DNA of 63,232 bases, counting the filler, from Collodictyon triciliatum (lineage: Eukaryota): assembly GCA_043381765.1 (NCBI GenBank). It is 6 parts of 6 records of this genome, joined end to end, with 100 filler letters (N's around TTAATTAATTAA, not from the genome) between each part and the next. Parts side by side here need not be neighbours in the genome. Positions count along the whole stretch, not along the records: positions 1 to 18,666 come from JBHJMP010000060.1; 5 more parts are not named here. One strand, given 5' to 3'. Position numbers and translations under genes: made by a program. The notes beneath the pieces are model-generated. The model saw only the letters and a list, made by a program, of their open reading frames with translations, ran no database searches and was not told the origin of the DNA. Of the stretch, positions 1 through 13,154 are shown one piece after another. Numbering within the stretch: position 1 is the first letter of the stretch; each line of letters opens with the position of its first letter.

Positions 1-114
1 AGAAGAAGAAGAAGAAGAAGAAGAAGAAGAAGAAGAAGAAGAAGAAGAAGAAGAAGAAGAAGAAGAAGAAGAAGAAGAAGAAGAAGAAGAAGAAGAAGAA
101 GAAGAAGAAGAAGA
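1..114. repeat. (AGA)n microsatellite in GCP2 intron
   Basis: Perfect trinucleotide run. Confidence 0.95.
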
Positions 115-159
115 GGGCTTAGTTCGCATGTTTGACTCGTACTCGGTCGATAATTTTAC

Positions 160-3100
160 CTCAAACAGCAGATAATATTGCAGCGATTGGACAAAATGAA
201 GCATCCTTTGGCGAAGTCCGTAGCTTTTTCCAAACTGAGCTCGCAAGTTAATCTCCCGGAAGCAATTATGGTCTGTAGGAAGAAAAATATAATACAAAAA
301 TATTTAGAAAATATAAGACAAATAATGTGAAAATGATGAAAATTACAACATGAATTCTACACGCACCAACTTCTTTTTAATGAGAAAAAAATACAGTTTA
401 CGATATAATTAAATGAAAGAATCCAAATACTCTTCAAATAAATGTGCTGAATTGCATCAAAATGGAACAATTATTGAAGAATGCGCATTTTTTTATACCA
501 ATCCAGGATTCACAAAGTCGCCTTTCTATGTATTTGCACTGAAATAGGTTCCGAAAAATGAGTTGGTATTTGATGAGAGCGCGTCGATTGATTATCAAAG
601 AGACAGGCCAACGAACTTTGTAATCAAAGGTAAACGCTTCGAATCCTGTCTCAGATGGTGATATATTTCAGATGCAGATATGTAGGAAAGGGATTTTCTT
701 TTTTCCTGTGCTAAGCTCTATCATATTTTCTCTTTTGTTTTCATTTCAAAATTTTTTTTCTTGTTTCTTTTTTATCGTTATGAAGAGCTGAATACCTGTC
801 ATTCCTTGGCCTGCGGTCTGTAATAGATTCTGAGAAAAAGGATTCTCCACGTTTGGAACTGCACGGCGCTGTGCTGTATACATATGAAACGCGCAAAAAT
901 ATCAGTGGGGTTCTGGCATTTTTCCTATAAAAATGATTGGAAATATTGTATTGGCGCCATGAAAAGAAATAATGAGAACAAGACACTTGACTTTTGATGG
1001 CATAGGCCTTTACCAGTTGGATTACGCAAGTTTTGGGCATTCGTGTGCATAATCATCAATTGTCTTACCAAAGAGTAGGGAAGAAAGTCACAAAAAACAT
1101 CATCGCGAAATGGGTCACTCATCTATTTGAAATATATTCGGTTAGAAGTCATCGCGACACACATGAATTAAACGACAATCAGGGTTTACTGAGGCGAATG
1201 ACGATAAATAAAAAAACCAAATAAATTAAGAATAATAACAAGAATAATAACAAGAATAATAACAAGAATAATAACAAGAATAATAACAAGAATAATAACA
1301 AGAATAATAACAAGAATAATAACAAGAATAATAACAAGAATAATAACAAGAATAATAACAAGAATAATAACAAGAATAATAACAAGAATAATAACAAGAA
1401 TAATAACANNNNNNNNNNNNNNNNNNNNNNNNNNNNNNNNNNNNNNNNNNNNNNNNNNNNNNNNNNNNNNNNNNNNNNNNNNNNNNNNNNNNNNNNNNNN
1501 NNNNNNNNAATAACAAGAATAATAACAAGAATAATAACAAGAATAATAACAAGAATAATAACAAGAATAATAACAAGAATAATAACAAGAATAATAACAA
1601 GAATAATAACAAGAATAATAACAGGAATAATAACAAGAATAATAACAAGAATAATAACAAGAATAATAACAAGAATAATAACAAGAATAATAACAAGAAT
1701 AACAATAACAACAATAACATGATATTCTCATTGTATATGTTCAATAATTTACATACCGAAACCGAGCTTCGAATAGAAAGGTCCAGGAGCGATTCAAACT
1801 TTGTAGTGTCAATGCCTAGAACCCAGAATCCACAATGCATTTTAGGATGGGATTATTTGCTAAATTATAGTATTAAAACCCAAAGAATGACACACCCGAG
1901 ACAGGCTTTTGAAGTTCCTTTTCAGATATGTCGAGAAAATGGACAAGAAAGTCTCCTTGGTCAAGCAAGAAATAATGCTTAATAGATCTATCGTGGTCAC
2001 AAGAAAAAAAATGTTAACAAGATCCAAAGAAAGAAAAAATAAGCGACCACTTCATCGATATTCGGCTTGAATGACATGGCTTGAAATACTAACTTTTTGT
2101 TTTTAAATCAGCTCCTTGAATTTTCTTTTGAGCGAGAAGTTTTCAATACCTTAATCGATGAAGAAGCTGCATTTCGTTTAGCAACAAATCCAACAAAGCA
2201 GCACTCGCAGATTGGAAAGCAGCTTCGATGATCTCAATATACCTTTCATTTGAGAATATTTTCCAATTTTTTTAACAAAAAAAAGTGGGAGTGTAGGTGT
2301 TATAATTATTGTATTTTGTTTTTCTAAATAGATATTCTAAATAGTTAAATTATGGCTCAATAGTCACAAAATTCATCAAACAGACTTGCTCATGTAAATA
2401 ACATAGAAATATGATACTCTTTGTCATTCATGGAGTATTCAATTCTCTGCTCTTCCATCCCGATGCTCCTACCGCATTCTCGAATGACATTAAGATATTT
2501 CCCTGCGGTCAATATTTCACTGGCTACTTTGGAGAGAAAAGCGGGACAAAATTCGGTCCTTAATATGTATCTTTGTTCCCAATATGTCGACACATTAAGG
2601 ATTTCATACCAATGTGGGATGGGTAAAGAGATATAGAAACTCAATAGAGGCAAAATGAAAAAGTAGAGACAACTACCCATTGGAAATGTAGAAAAATTAA
2701 GTGAATTTTTTTTTATATTCTCATGATACATAGAAACTCTTTCATCAGAATTAAAGGATATGATTCTGCTTCGTTGAAATTGGATTCCACAAGATCTTTT
2801 TTGAATTCACTGTGCTCTTCAATCATGAATTCGTCATATCTAAGATTCATATAAATTGAACGAACTCGAATAACAAGCAAGAATGAATAGATTAATAAAT
2901 TAATAGATGAATAAATTGATATTAAAATCACAATATATGAGAAATAAAAGAGAAAGCAATGGCTTATGTAAACATGAATAAAAAATACGGGTCTTTGATA
3001 TATCCCCGATAAATCCACCCTGTAATCATCTCAAAGAATGGAACCGAGGCTTTTTGAAGAAGAACGTGGCAGATATCCCGACACCTCGGATCTCTAATTT

Positions 3101-5715
3101 CCCAAACTCACTTCAGTTGCTCAAGCTTACGTGTCACACAAACTCATGAGTTCTTTTGAGTGTGGACAATTAACAATAGCGATGGCACCAAAGAAACAAC
3201 AATATTAATGACCCATTCGACCCACCCATCATTTTTTCGTGCAAAGTCGATTATCTTGTTCAAAGTAACACCACCCCTGCTCTGACGTCTCGATATTTCT
3301 TCTGTGAGGCGATCGATCACGCTTAGTGTAGATATGCATGGCTGGACATAATACCACAGCCTCTACAAGGTTTTTTTTTTAATAATAATTTTTTTTTTGA
3401 AAAATAAAATACTAAGAACGGTCAATTAGAGCAAATATGGTAAATCATGGACGATAGAAATGTAAAAAAAAAATCAAAAAATATATTTATTATCGTCCTT
3501 ATAAAATTGAGAGGGATGCTTCAAATATTATTAACGTCATTTTTTTTCTTTAGAACACTCGATTTATTTGACGAGGATGATGCACTTTGAAAATGACTAA
3601 TAATAAATACCTGAAGGTTCAGTTTCCCATTTCTGAACTGCGTTTCAAGCTGAGCGATAAAAACATAATAATCCTATTATTCGACAGAATGTATTTTACA
3701 CTGATGCGAACAAAATAGAATTGAGTTTGGAAATAATATTTATATCGTACTAGTGATATTGTCGTGACATAAACTCGGTGGCTTACCTGAAGCGAAGATC
3801 TAATAGCAGCACATAGCGCATGGTTTACCATTCCGCACTCGTAGCGAGAGTACGTATCCACAAAGATTCCAATGCGCACATAGGAATGGCACAGCGGAAT
3901 CACCTTATTGGTTATTGTCGTCAGGGATGGATCGATAACTACATGCGAGATTACAGATGAATATAGAGCATGCTCGCTTCACAATATGTTTCAACATAAG
4001 AAATAGACAGACGACTTGAATAAAAAATTTTTTTTCATGGATTAATGTTTGATTCGGGCGTGGTCCATTGGTTAACGATGATAACTCGTTTGTTTGCTCA
4101 GGAAATATGATTTGTAAAACAACATTTAAAATATTCATATCAAAAGGGAAATAACGTGGCAGGAATTTGTCAATAAATATCCTAATCAAAAATCTGACCG
4201 ATATCAGGATTAATTGCAAACTTCACCCCGCCTTGACCTTCGTCAATCGATACTCTGATATACTTCCCCTCAATACCCTTTAGTTGAAACCATTTGCGTT
4301 TGAAATTTTATGACTTCAACGAAGATATTATTCATAGACGACCGACTCAACAAAAATGCGAAAATAAAACAAAATACTAAAAGTAGAGGAAAAAACCATC
4401 ATGGCGAAAAGCAAATCTTCCGTCAAAAGAAGCTCTTGAACTGATGGGGACATGTGGGTTGTCGATGGCGAATCCCTGTTTGTACTGAGCTATTTTTGAC
4501 AATAAGGTGAAATCTCAGCGGAATTGGATATGTAATGTAATAAGTATTGAAATATGTTTATTTCAATCTGTGGGACTTTACGGATATGCTCGAATTGATC
4601 TGTGCCGCACTTCTGAGATATTCCAGACTCATATATGGCCTTTCTTTGAGCCAGTCTGGATTGTGCGGGATGGAAGATGCTTATATATANNNNNNNNNNN
4701 NNNNNNNNNNNNNNNNNNNNNNNNNNNNNNNNNNNNNNNNNNNNNNNNNNNNNNNNNNNNNNNNNNNNNNNNNNNNNNNNNNNNNNNNNNNNNNNNNNNN
4801 NNNNNNNNNNNNNNNNNNNNNNNNNNNNNNNNNNNNNNNNNNNNNNNNNNNNNNNNNNNNNNNNNNNNNNNNNNNNNNNNNNNNNNNNNNNNNNNNNNNN
4901 NNNNNNNNNNNNNNNNNNNNNNNNNNNNNNNNNNNNNNNNNNNNNNNNNNNNNNNNNNNNNNNNNNNNNNNNNNNNNNNNNNNNNNNNNNNNNNNNNNNN
5001 NNNNNNNNNNNNNNNNNNNNNNNNNNNNNNNNNNNNNNNNNNNNNNNNNNNNNNNNNNNNNNNNNNNNNNNNNNNNNNNNNNNNNNNNNNNNNNNNNNNN
5101 NNNNNNNNNNNNNNNNNNNNNNNNNNNNNNNNNNNNNNNNNNNNNNNNNNNNNNNNNNNNNNNNNNNNNNNNNNNNNNNNNNNNNNNNNNNNNNNNNNNN
5201 NNNNNNNNNNNNNNNNNNNNNNNNNNNNNNNNNNNNNNNNNNNNNNNNNNNNNNNNNNNNNNNNNNNNNNNNNNNNNNNNNNNNNNNNNNNNNNNNNNNN
5301 NNNNNNNNNNNNNNNNNNNNNNNNNNNNNNNNNNNNNNNNNCAAGTGCTTAAATGAAAAAAAAAAATATGATAGATGTGAAAACAGCGGCAGATTATTGC
5401 ACAACTAATAACATGGGGGATTAACTATATTGAACAAACTATGTCGACGTGACCGCCCATGATCCAAACGACTTGGCACGGAGAAGTGGCCCACTGCGCC
5501 AGGTGCAGACGGCCCGAGTCGTGTTGGCAAATGGCGGAAACTTGTGAGACAGACTCCATGTTAATGTAAAAGAAAAAGAGAAAGAGAAATAGAAAGAAAA
5601 AGAAAAAGAAAAAGAAAAAGAAAAAAGAAAAAAGAAAATAGGAAAAAAGAAAATACTCTGTGGACGGTCGATCGCTGCGAAAAGACGAGTGTGGAGATGG
5701 CGACGCAGACGACAT
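160..5715 (-). CDS. TUBGCP2: Gamma-tubulin complex component 2 (GCP2/Spc97), multi-exon, continues past window start
   Basis: Spliced exons give QELLLTEDLLFAMMGIEGKYI, YDEFMIEEH..YWEQRY..ILTAGKYLNVIRECG, RSIKHYFLLDQGDF and GFEAFTFDYKVRWPVSLII..YQLIFR, all typical GCP2 motifs. The start at 5715 is tentative because of the N gap at 4690-5341. Confidence 0.93.
1229..1718. repeat. (AATAATAACAAG)n 12-mer tandem repeat in GCP2 intron, gap inside
   Basis: Visible tandem array. Confidence 0.95.
2586..2761 (-). other. U12-type AT-AC intron in GCP2
   Basis: 5' end ATATCCTTT, branch site TCCTTAAT about 10 nt before terminal AC. Removal gives in-frame ..FNEAE-S-YWEQRY. Confidence 0.88.
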
Positions 5716-6026
5716 CGACAGCAGCGAATAAACTTTGCAGGATATGTCAGCAGAGTTAACGATTTCTGCGTTGCTTCACACAACATATAGAAACAAAGCG
5801 AGACTGCGTAATCTTCCTCGTTCCTTTCATATCTCTAGAAACTCCTTGTTGTATCCCAAAAGTAATAAAAAGAAACAATAATAAAAAGAAACAATAAAAA
5901 AGAAATGATATGTAAAGAGAAGACCATGGGTTTCCTTTCGCGCAAATGACATGGCGAAGTGGCTCCATACATATTTATCGAAGAGAAAGAGAGTAAGAGA
6001 GTAAGAGAGTAAGAGAGTAAGAGAGT

Positions 6027-6125
<99 letters not shown>

Positions 6126-6549
6126 NNNNNNNNNNNNNNNNNNNNNNNNNNNNNNNNNNNNNNNNNNNNNNNNNNNNNNNNNNNNNNNNNNNNNNNNNNN
6201 NNNNNNNNNNNNNNNNNNNNNNNNNNNNNNNNNNNNNNNNNNNNNNNNNNNNNNNNNNNNNNNNNNNNNNNNNNNNNNNNNNNNNNNNNNNNNNNNNNNN
6301 NNNNNNNNNNNNNNNNNNNNNNNNNNNNNNNNNNNNNNNNNNNNNNNNNNNNNNNNNNNNNNNNNNNNNNNNNNNNNNNNNNNNNNNNNNNNNNNNNNNN
6401 NNNNNNNNNGAGAAAGAGAGAAAGAGAGAAAGAGAGAAAGAGAGAAAGAGAGAAAGAGAGAAAGAGAGAAAGAGAGAAAGGGAGAAAGGGAGAAAGGGAG
6501 AAAGGGAGAAAGAGAGAAAGAGAGAGCAAACAGACAGGGATTCGAGCCA

Positions 6550-9500
6550 TCACGCAAACAGGTTGTACGCAGGACGCGGAGGGGATTCCATGGCGTGAAC
6601 CAAAGGCTGAGCAGGTTGTTGTCCATCGGCCCAGCAGTATGCGAGAACGCCGGGTCGACTGTCGCTGAAGCGCACAACTGCAATGCGTGACTGAATCAAC
6701 CGCACAAGGCGCTCTTTCTCTTGCGCCAACTGCTCTATTGGTTGCTGTGACAACATCTGCATTTAATTCTCCCTTTTTCTTTTTTTTTTTCTTCCTTTTT
6801 TTTTTTCAGAGACAATAACGATTTTGACGGCGAACGAACCAGAAATTGAATGAATGACATGATGGATGGTTGAATAGATGATTAAATGAATGAATAAAAG
6901 AAAGCGAACAAACATATGTATGGATTAAATACGCAAATTATATGAATGAGGATGCATCTAAGTCTGTAATCGGTTCGTACATGCTGTGATATATATCCAA
7001 TGATTATTTCCTTGATTTGTGCCTCGGGTATTGCGTGTGCTCTTTGGANNNNNNNNNNNNNNNNNNNNNNNNNNNNNNNNNNNNNNNNNNNNNNNNNNNN
7101 NNNNNNNNNNNNNNNNNNNNNNNNNNNNNNNNNNNNNNNNNNNNNNNNNNNNNNNNNNNNNNNNNNNNNNNNNNNNNNNNNNNNNNNNNNNNNNNNNNNN
7201 NNNNNNNNNNNNNNNNNNNNNNNNNNNNNNNNNNNNNNNNNNNNNNNNNNNNNNNNNNNNNNNNNNNNNNNNNNNNNNNNNNNNNNNNNNNNNNNNNNNN
7301 NNNNNNNNNNNNNNNNNNNNNNNNNNNNNNNNNNNNNNNNNNNNNNNNNNNNNNNNNNNNNNNNNNNNNNNNNNNNNNNNNNNNNNNNNNNNNNNNNNNN
7401 NNNNNNNNNNNNNNNNNNNNNNNNNNNNNNNNNNNNNNNNNNNNNNNNNNNNNNNNNNNNNNNNNNNNNNNNNNNNNNNNNNNNNNNNNNNNNNNNNNNN
7501 NNNNNNNNNNNNNNNNNNNNNNNNNNNNNNNNNNNNNNNNNNNNNNNNNNNNNNNNNNNNNNNNNNNNNNNNNNNNNNNNNNNNNNNNNNNNNNNNNNNN
7601 NNNNNNNNNNNNNNNNNNNNNNNNNNNNNNNNNNNNNNNNNNNNNNNNNNNNNNNNNNNNNNNNNNNNNNNNNNNNNNNNNNNNNNNNNNNNNNNNNNNN
7701 NNNNNNNNNNNNNNNNNNNNNNNNNNNNNNNNNNNNNNNNNNNNNNNNNNNNNNNNNNNNNNNNNNNNNNNNNNNNNNNNNNNNNNNNNNNNNNNNNNNN
7801 NNNNNNNNNNNNNNNNNNNNNNNNNNNNNNNNNNNNNNNNNNNNNNNNNNNNNNNNNNNNNNNNNNNNNTTATGTTGCACAATTTGTTCAAATAGATTCG
7901 GAAAGTAGCTTTTACATGTGTCCCATTCAATCTCACTCTATTCGTTCACAGTAAGTATTAAATATGTGATGGACAAGGGAACACATAATTTCGAATCGCA
8001 CGAATATTCACCCCTTCATCATCATCACTATTACGATCATCGTCATAAATCCATCGTCCATCAAGAAAGTAAATTAAAATATTATCATAATTTTCTTATT
8101 TTCGAATATGTGCGTCTGATATAAATAACAATAAGAGTATCTCTTCTGTGATATGACTTGGGAATTATATGGTGTGATGCCTAAATACTTTTGATTGAAG
8201 TAATGAAACACTATACTCTCAGTTTCGTAATTGAAAAAAAAAACAATTAATAGAAGAATCCTGTTTACCTCTTGATTGCGCATAATTTTGGCAAAGCTTA
8301 GTGCATTTTCTTTAATACACCATTTTATGGTGTCGTCATAGTCTGGTGTATAGTGCATCTTAGACGTCAGAATTTGCAATAGTAGACTGGTCAATGTTTC
8401 CTGAATTACGATTGTTTATTTTCATGGATCATATTTCTCTCTATCACTCTATTCTTTTTATTTCAAATAGTCGTAAAATATCTTTCTGATAACAATATGA
8501 GAATGTAAGATGCACAATGGTATCAAATTAGTTTGCTCTATTCAAATGATGCATCACTTAATTTTTTTTCATTTGGAGAATATCGTTTTTTTTTTTTTGG
8601 AAAAAAAAAGCACGTTCACATAAACACGAAGTTTAAAAGAGAATATTCGGTGTGAATAAGATATCTAAAGTTGAAAAATTTTTTATAAAAATACAACATA
8701 GTAAAAATGTGCTTCAAGGGGAAATTCAATGGACAACCTTGTAAACTGTTTCACCAAGACTTCGTCCGGCTGCTTCTGTGATATACTTATCCACACAGCG
8801 CAATATCTCACCCGAGCTACTTGCATTGGATCTGTGAAAGTTCTGCACATTTCTCCGTATGTCTTGAGCCAGGGATTTTCTGCGTGCAGTAAAATAAATT
8901 GATGATTGATCACTAGCTCAACCGTGCATTCTTTCATTGATTTTTCTTCTTTTTTACTATCCCATAGTTGATTTATTTTGTAATAGATATTGAGTAACGT
9001 CTCTATTATTTAATTCGTCCGAGTTTATTGAAATTCGCAAGGTGACCTTGACATCATATTTTAATCATAATTCGTCCTAAATGTCCATATGTTGTACATT
9101 ATAGGAAACTACCTGACGCGTATGAAGAGTGTAAACCAATCGGTTGAGATCCTGCGGAGTAGATGAAAATTAATATCTTGCATTATTGTTACATAATTTT
9201 CGGAATTAGTAATAGTATACAATCCTCGGGGTTGTACGCATTAATGAGTCTTACGATGATTTAAAGGAAATAAAATCTCTGATGATAATTGATATTGTTA
9301 GATATAAAAGTATGGATAAAATATCATACAAAAACACAAGATGAAACTCTACATAATTATAAGCACAATATCTTATAATACTACACAATATAGTCGCACA
9401 CTTGGTAGTAATTTAAGGGAACGAAATCAACGCCACACCACAATTCCGACGTAAAATTAAAACTGAAATTGAAAAAAAAAAAAAAAATTGTATGTCCATA

Positions 9501-10084
9501 CCATTTGCCTGAGTAACGTTTAAGTAATATCTGGGCAAACAAGGATTTCCCCACAGCCTCGCGCTTTTGCTTCTCGAGCCACAAGTCCGCGATACCCCGA
9601 AAAGAGCGAGAGACACTTCTGCTCATGAAATAATTATCATAATTAAACACTCAAGATATCGAGCAACCAAAAAATCATGAAGATTGAATAGTAAAAAGAA
9701 GATTGAATAGTAAAAAGAAAAAGAAAAAGAAAAAGAAAAAGAAAAAGAAAAAGAAAAAGAAAAAGAAAAAGAAAAAGAAAAAGAAAAAGAAAAAGAAAAA
9801 GAAAAAGAAGAAAAAGAAAAGAAAAAGAAAAAGAAAAAAGAAAAAACAAAATGAAAAAGAAAAAGAAAAGAAAAAAGAAAAGAAGAAAAGAAGAAAAAAG
9901 AAAAAAGAAAAAAGAAAAAAACAAAAACAAAAAGAAAAAAGAAAAAAGAAAAATGAAAAAGAAAAAAGAAAAAAGTAAAAGAAAAGGAGCCAGACCTGAG
10001 AGTTAGCAGCGTTCTGTGAGGCAAAAGCGGGAACACATATTCCCACAACTCAGGAGGAACATCGAGGATTCCTACGGGCTCCAT
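6550..10084 (-). CDS. F-box protein with C-terminal STAT-type SH2-like motif; internal exons partly unresolved
   Basis: N-terminal ILDVPPELWEYVFPLLPHRTLLTLR/SVSRSFR is an F-box. Last exons read IIGYISQH|MLSQ..IAVVRFSDSRPGVLAYCW. An N gap at 7049-7869 lies between the two parts, so their linkage is inferred. Confidence 0.55.
9695..9985. repeat. (AAAAAG)n-type A-rich microsatellite in F-box gene intron
   Basis: Visible run. Confidence 0.9.
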
Positions 10085-10763
10085 CGCAGGCAGAAAAACG
10101 GGTGAAGCCGACCTCACAGCAGGAACAAAACAAACTGGAGTATTCATATATTATTGGCAGAGAAAGGTATAAGAAAGGGCAGCCAAAGTGAACGCCAACG
10201 ATGGTAGAGATGGGGCGAGGGAAGCCTTCGACCTTGTCCATCGATACTTTCTTTAGAGTTTGCCTTTGCCAATTATGAAACGAAGCAGCGAGGAAGGCTC
10301 TCACCAAACAAAGCGAATCTGCGCGAATCACACAACACACAAGATCAATCACGAAAAAAGGTGTTTTTTTATAATTTCCACATTTATGAAAATCATAATT
10401 TCCATCAAAAGGCAGATACCAAATCAGGACGCGCTCGGGTGATGGATGGGGCTGCCTCGCTTCGCGTTATAGTTACTTTCTCATCATTTATTTTAGGGAG
10501 ACAGAAGACAGGGTCGCCAGAAGGATGCGAGCAGAATAACACGAGACAGAGTAGATTCTTTCCAAGACCAAGACGAGACAGGAAAGAGCGGATTGGATGA
10601 GCAGACAGACACCATCACCAAAAGAAACAAGGCCACCGACACGACATGACCAAACGAAGAGAGAAGAGAAAACAATGAGAGATTGAAGACAAAGAGATAA
10701 GGGGAATAATCATATAGGCATCGCAACTAAAAGAACGAGGAGACAGGAACGGGTTCCACAGAA

Positions 10764-12456
10764 CTAGAACCGCATCTGCGATGTGGGTGCGCGCCCAACA
10801 AAGGACGGAGTCACACAGCACAAACGATGGACCAATCCCAGCATTGGCACATCAACCAAGGTGGTTCGCTGTTGCGGTGCTTTCCGGTCAAGTGGCGGGC
10901 AGCAGACTGGAGGAGGCTGAGGCAGATAAAGAAAGGGCAGGCATGACGAGGAAAACAAAAAAGCTACGCATGACGAGGGTTGGCTGGAAAGAACAAGACG
11001 TAAAGTGTGAATAAGCGGCGATGCTTGAAGTTCGAGATTGCTCGTCCCTTGTGAGTAACAAGGAACGTTGGGTGGATTGTAATGGCCTTTCCCAGTGAGC
11101 GGGTCATCTGGTTGCGGCACATCCCACACGGAGCAGGACTTTGGCTTTAGGAGGTGTCCTCCAGGAATGCCTGCCCCTGTTGGTGTTTAGCATGGGGATG
11201 AGTGTGTGGGGAAGTCATCATCTTTGAGTGCAAGGGAGACATGTCTGGGCTGTTTGGTGGGTGGGGTTGGGCAAAGTTACTTGATAGGTGAATGTGTGGT
11301 AGTTGTTGCTGACTCCGTGGAGCGAGGCTGGCGGCCCGCGCGGTCTGTACGATACTTTGGGGCTGGATGGGCTTGGGTTGCGGTAAACTGAAGTGTAGGC
11401 ATGAGTTTCAATTGTACTGCTGACTCTGGCGGATGGAAGAGAGGAAGAGAGGAAGAGAGGAAGAGAGGAAGAGAGGAAGAGAGGAAGAGAGGAAGAGAGG
11501 AAGAGAGGAAGAGAGAGAGAGAAAAAAGAAAAGAAAAGACTAAACTCACTCTTTGATGGGCTTCCAGAGGCAGCATAGTTCTTTGGAGAACCAGAGGGCG
11601 ACGACCTTTGTGTCGGTATCAGGATAGTTTGAGATACGTTACCTGACAGCAAATGAACAATTGTATTTCTATTTTGCATGAATCAAATTACTGGTCTGAT
11701 ATATTTTCTTCATACTTATAACTCGAGTCAGCAACGCGAAGCGGCGGAAGACGGTGACGGTCTGCCTCAACAAAAGCCGCCGGATTAGAGTGGTTAGGTT
11801 TGAACGAGGCTGGGCTGTAGATCGGCTGGACGGGTCAAATAGTGATGTTTCTTTGTCAGCGGATGAGCACATCGAGATATAAAATATGGTTTCAACGAAC
11901 TTATGAAGCCAACCCAAGCCAAGCCAATAAAAAAAATGAAAGTAAGAAATGAAAATGAAAGTGAAAGAGAAAGACAAAAAAGGCTTACTTGGACACGTCT
12001 CATAAAGAAATAAAGGGGGTTGTAAATGAGCTGTGCATACGTGGCCATATTGCGTCTGTGTGGGAGAGAGGCTGCTGGGAGTGCGTGAGTACAGCAGGTA
12101 GCGATCCCTGTGAATGTGAACCAGAAAAGTTAGTTGTCTGCTTTTCGAGCAAGTTGATTTGGCTTATGGTCACAATGATCGCTCTTCAGAGTGGCTGGTA
12201 ATAAAAGCTGTTTCTGAAGCGGGAACTTGAGTGGGAAAGAAAAAGGAAAAAGGAAAAAGGAAAAAGGAAAAAAGAAAAAAGGAAAAAGAAAAAGGAAAAA
12301 GAAAAAGGAAAAAGGAAAAAGGAAAAAGAAAAAAGAAAAAAGAAAAAAGAAAAAAGAAAAAAGAAAAAAGAAAACCGGAGCGAGGGGACTGGAAAGTTAC
12401 CGCTCTTCTTTGTAGACGCGTTGCTTCCAGAATGCGTGTTGGTGTGCGCCGTCCAT
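10764..12456 (-). CDS. Hypothetical multi-exon Pro/Ser-rich protein
   Basis: Exon-like segments with GT/AG ends: MDGAHQHAFWKQRVYKEER|QINLLEKQ.. and SSPSGSPKNYAASGSPSK. No recognised domain, ends approximate. Confidence 0.35.
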
Positions 12457-13154
12457 TTGCAAGTCTCTTCCTCCTTTCTTTCTTTTCTTGTTTGCGACTA
12501 TTTGGCAGTGTGGAAATAAAAAAAAACGAGTCGTATCAGGGGCAAACTCTGGTTGAGCAGGCCAGTAAATGAAGCACAAAGACCAAGCAGGACACTCGCT
12601 TCGAAAGTAACCGCTATGATCAGCGTGGATCAAAAGGAAAAGAAAGGAAAGGCAGGTGCCTGTATATTCAATTAATATAGCAGAGCGCAGATTGTGTCCG
12701 CCTCGCGAGAAGCGAAGCCCTTCAGCATATGCCACTGACTGCGAACTCGCAGATATCTGCCCCGCTTCCGCTTCTTTATCACGAGAGAATCCATTGGCAG
12801 ACCGTGTGTTTTTGTGTGTGACTTTGATTTCTGCTTATTTTCTGGATCACAGAGACCTTCTCTGATCAAATTGATGAAGGTTGTGACTTCGACAAAGACA
12901 AAAGCCGCGCAACTTATATATATATACACATGGCCGGGTGTTGCAAAATGGAGGCACAAAAACCCAAATTCTTTTTTATATTTTTCGCCTGAATGATGAA
13001 GCCAAATTCGCCGCCGTTAAGAGCTTCCTGTTAAGGAATTAATTAAAGTTTATGTAGATATTATTCTGTATATAGGATTTTTATTAACGCCGTTACTTTT
13101 CTCTAGCGTGGAAGATTCAGTGATACTCAGCATAACTGGAAGGCGTTATATCTT

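Noticed and set aside
12179-12230. Apparent TGA readthrough or selenocysteine in the hypothetical gene
   Set aside because: A downstream AAG acceptor (cataag|C CAA ATC) skips the TGA, and no SECIS was recognised.
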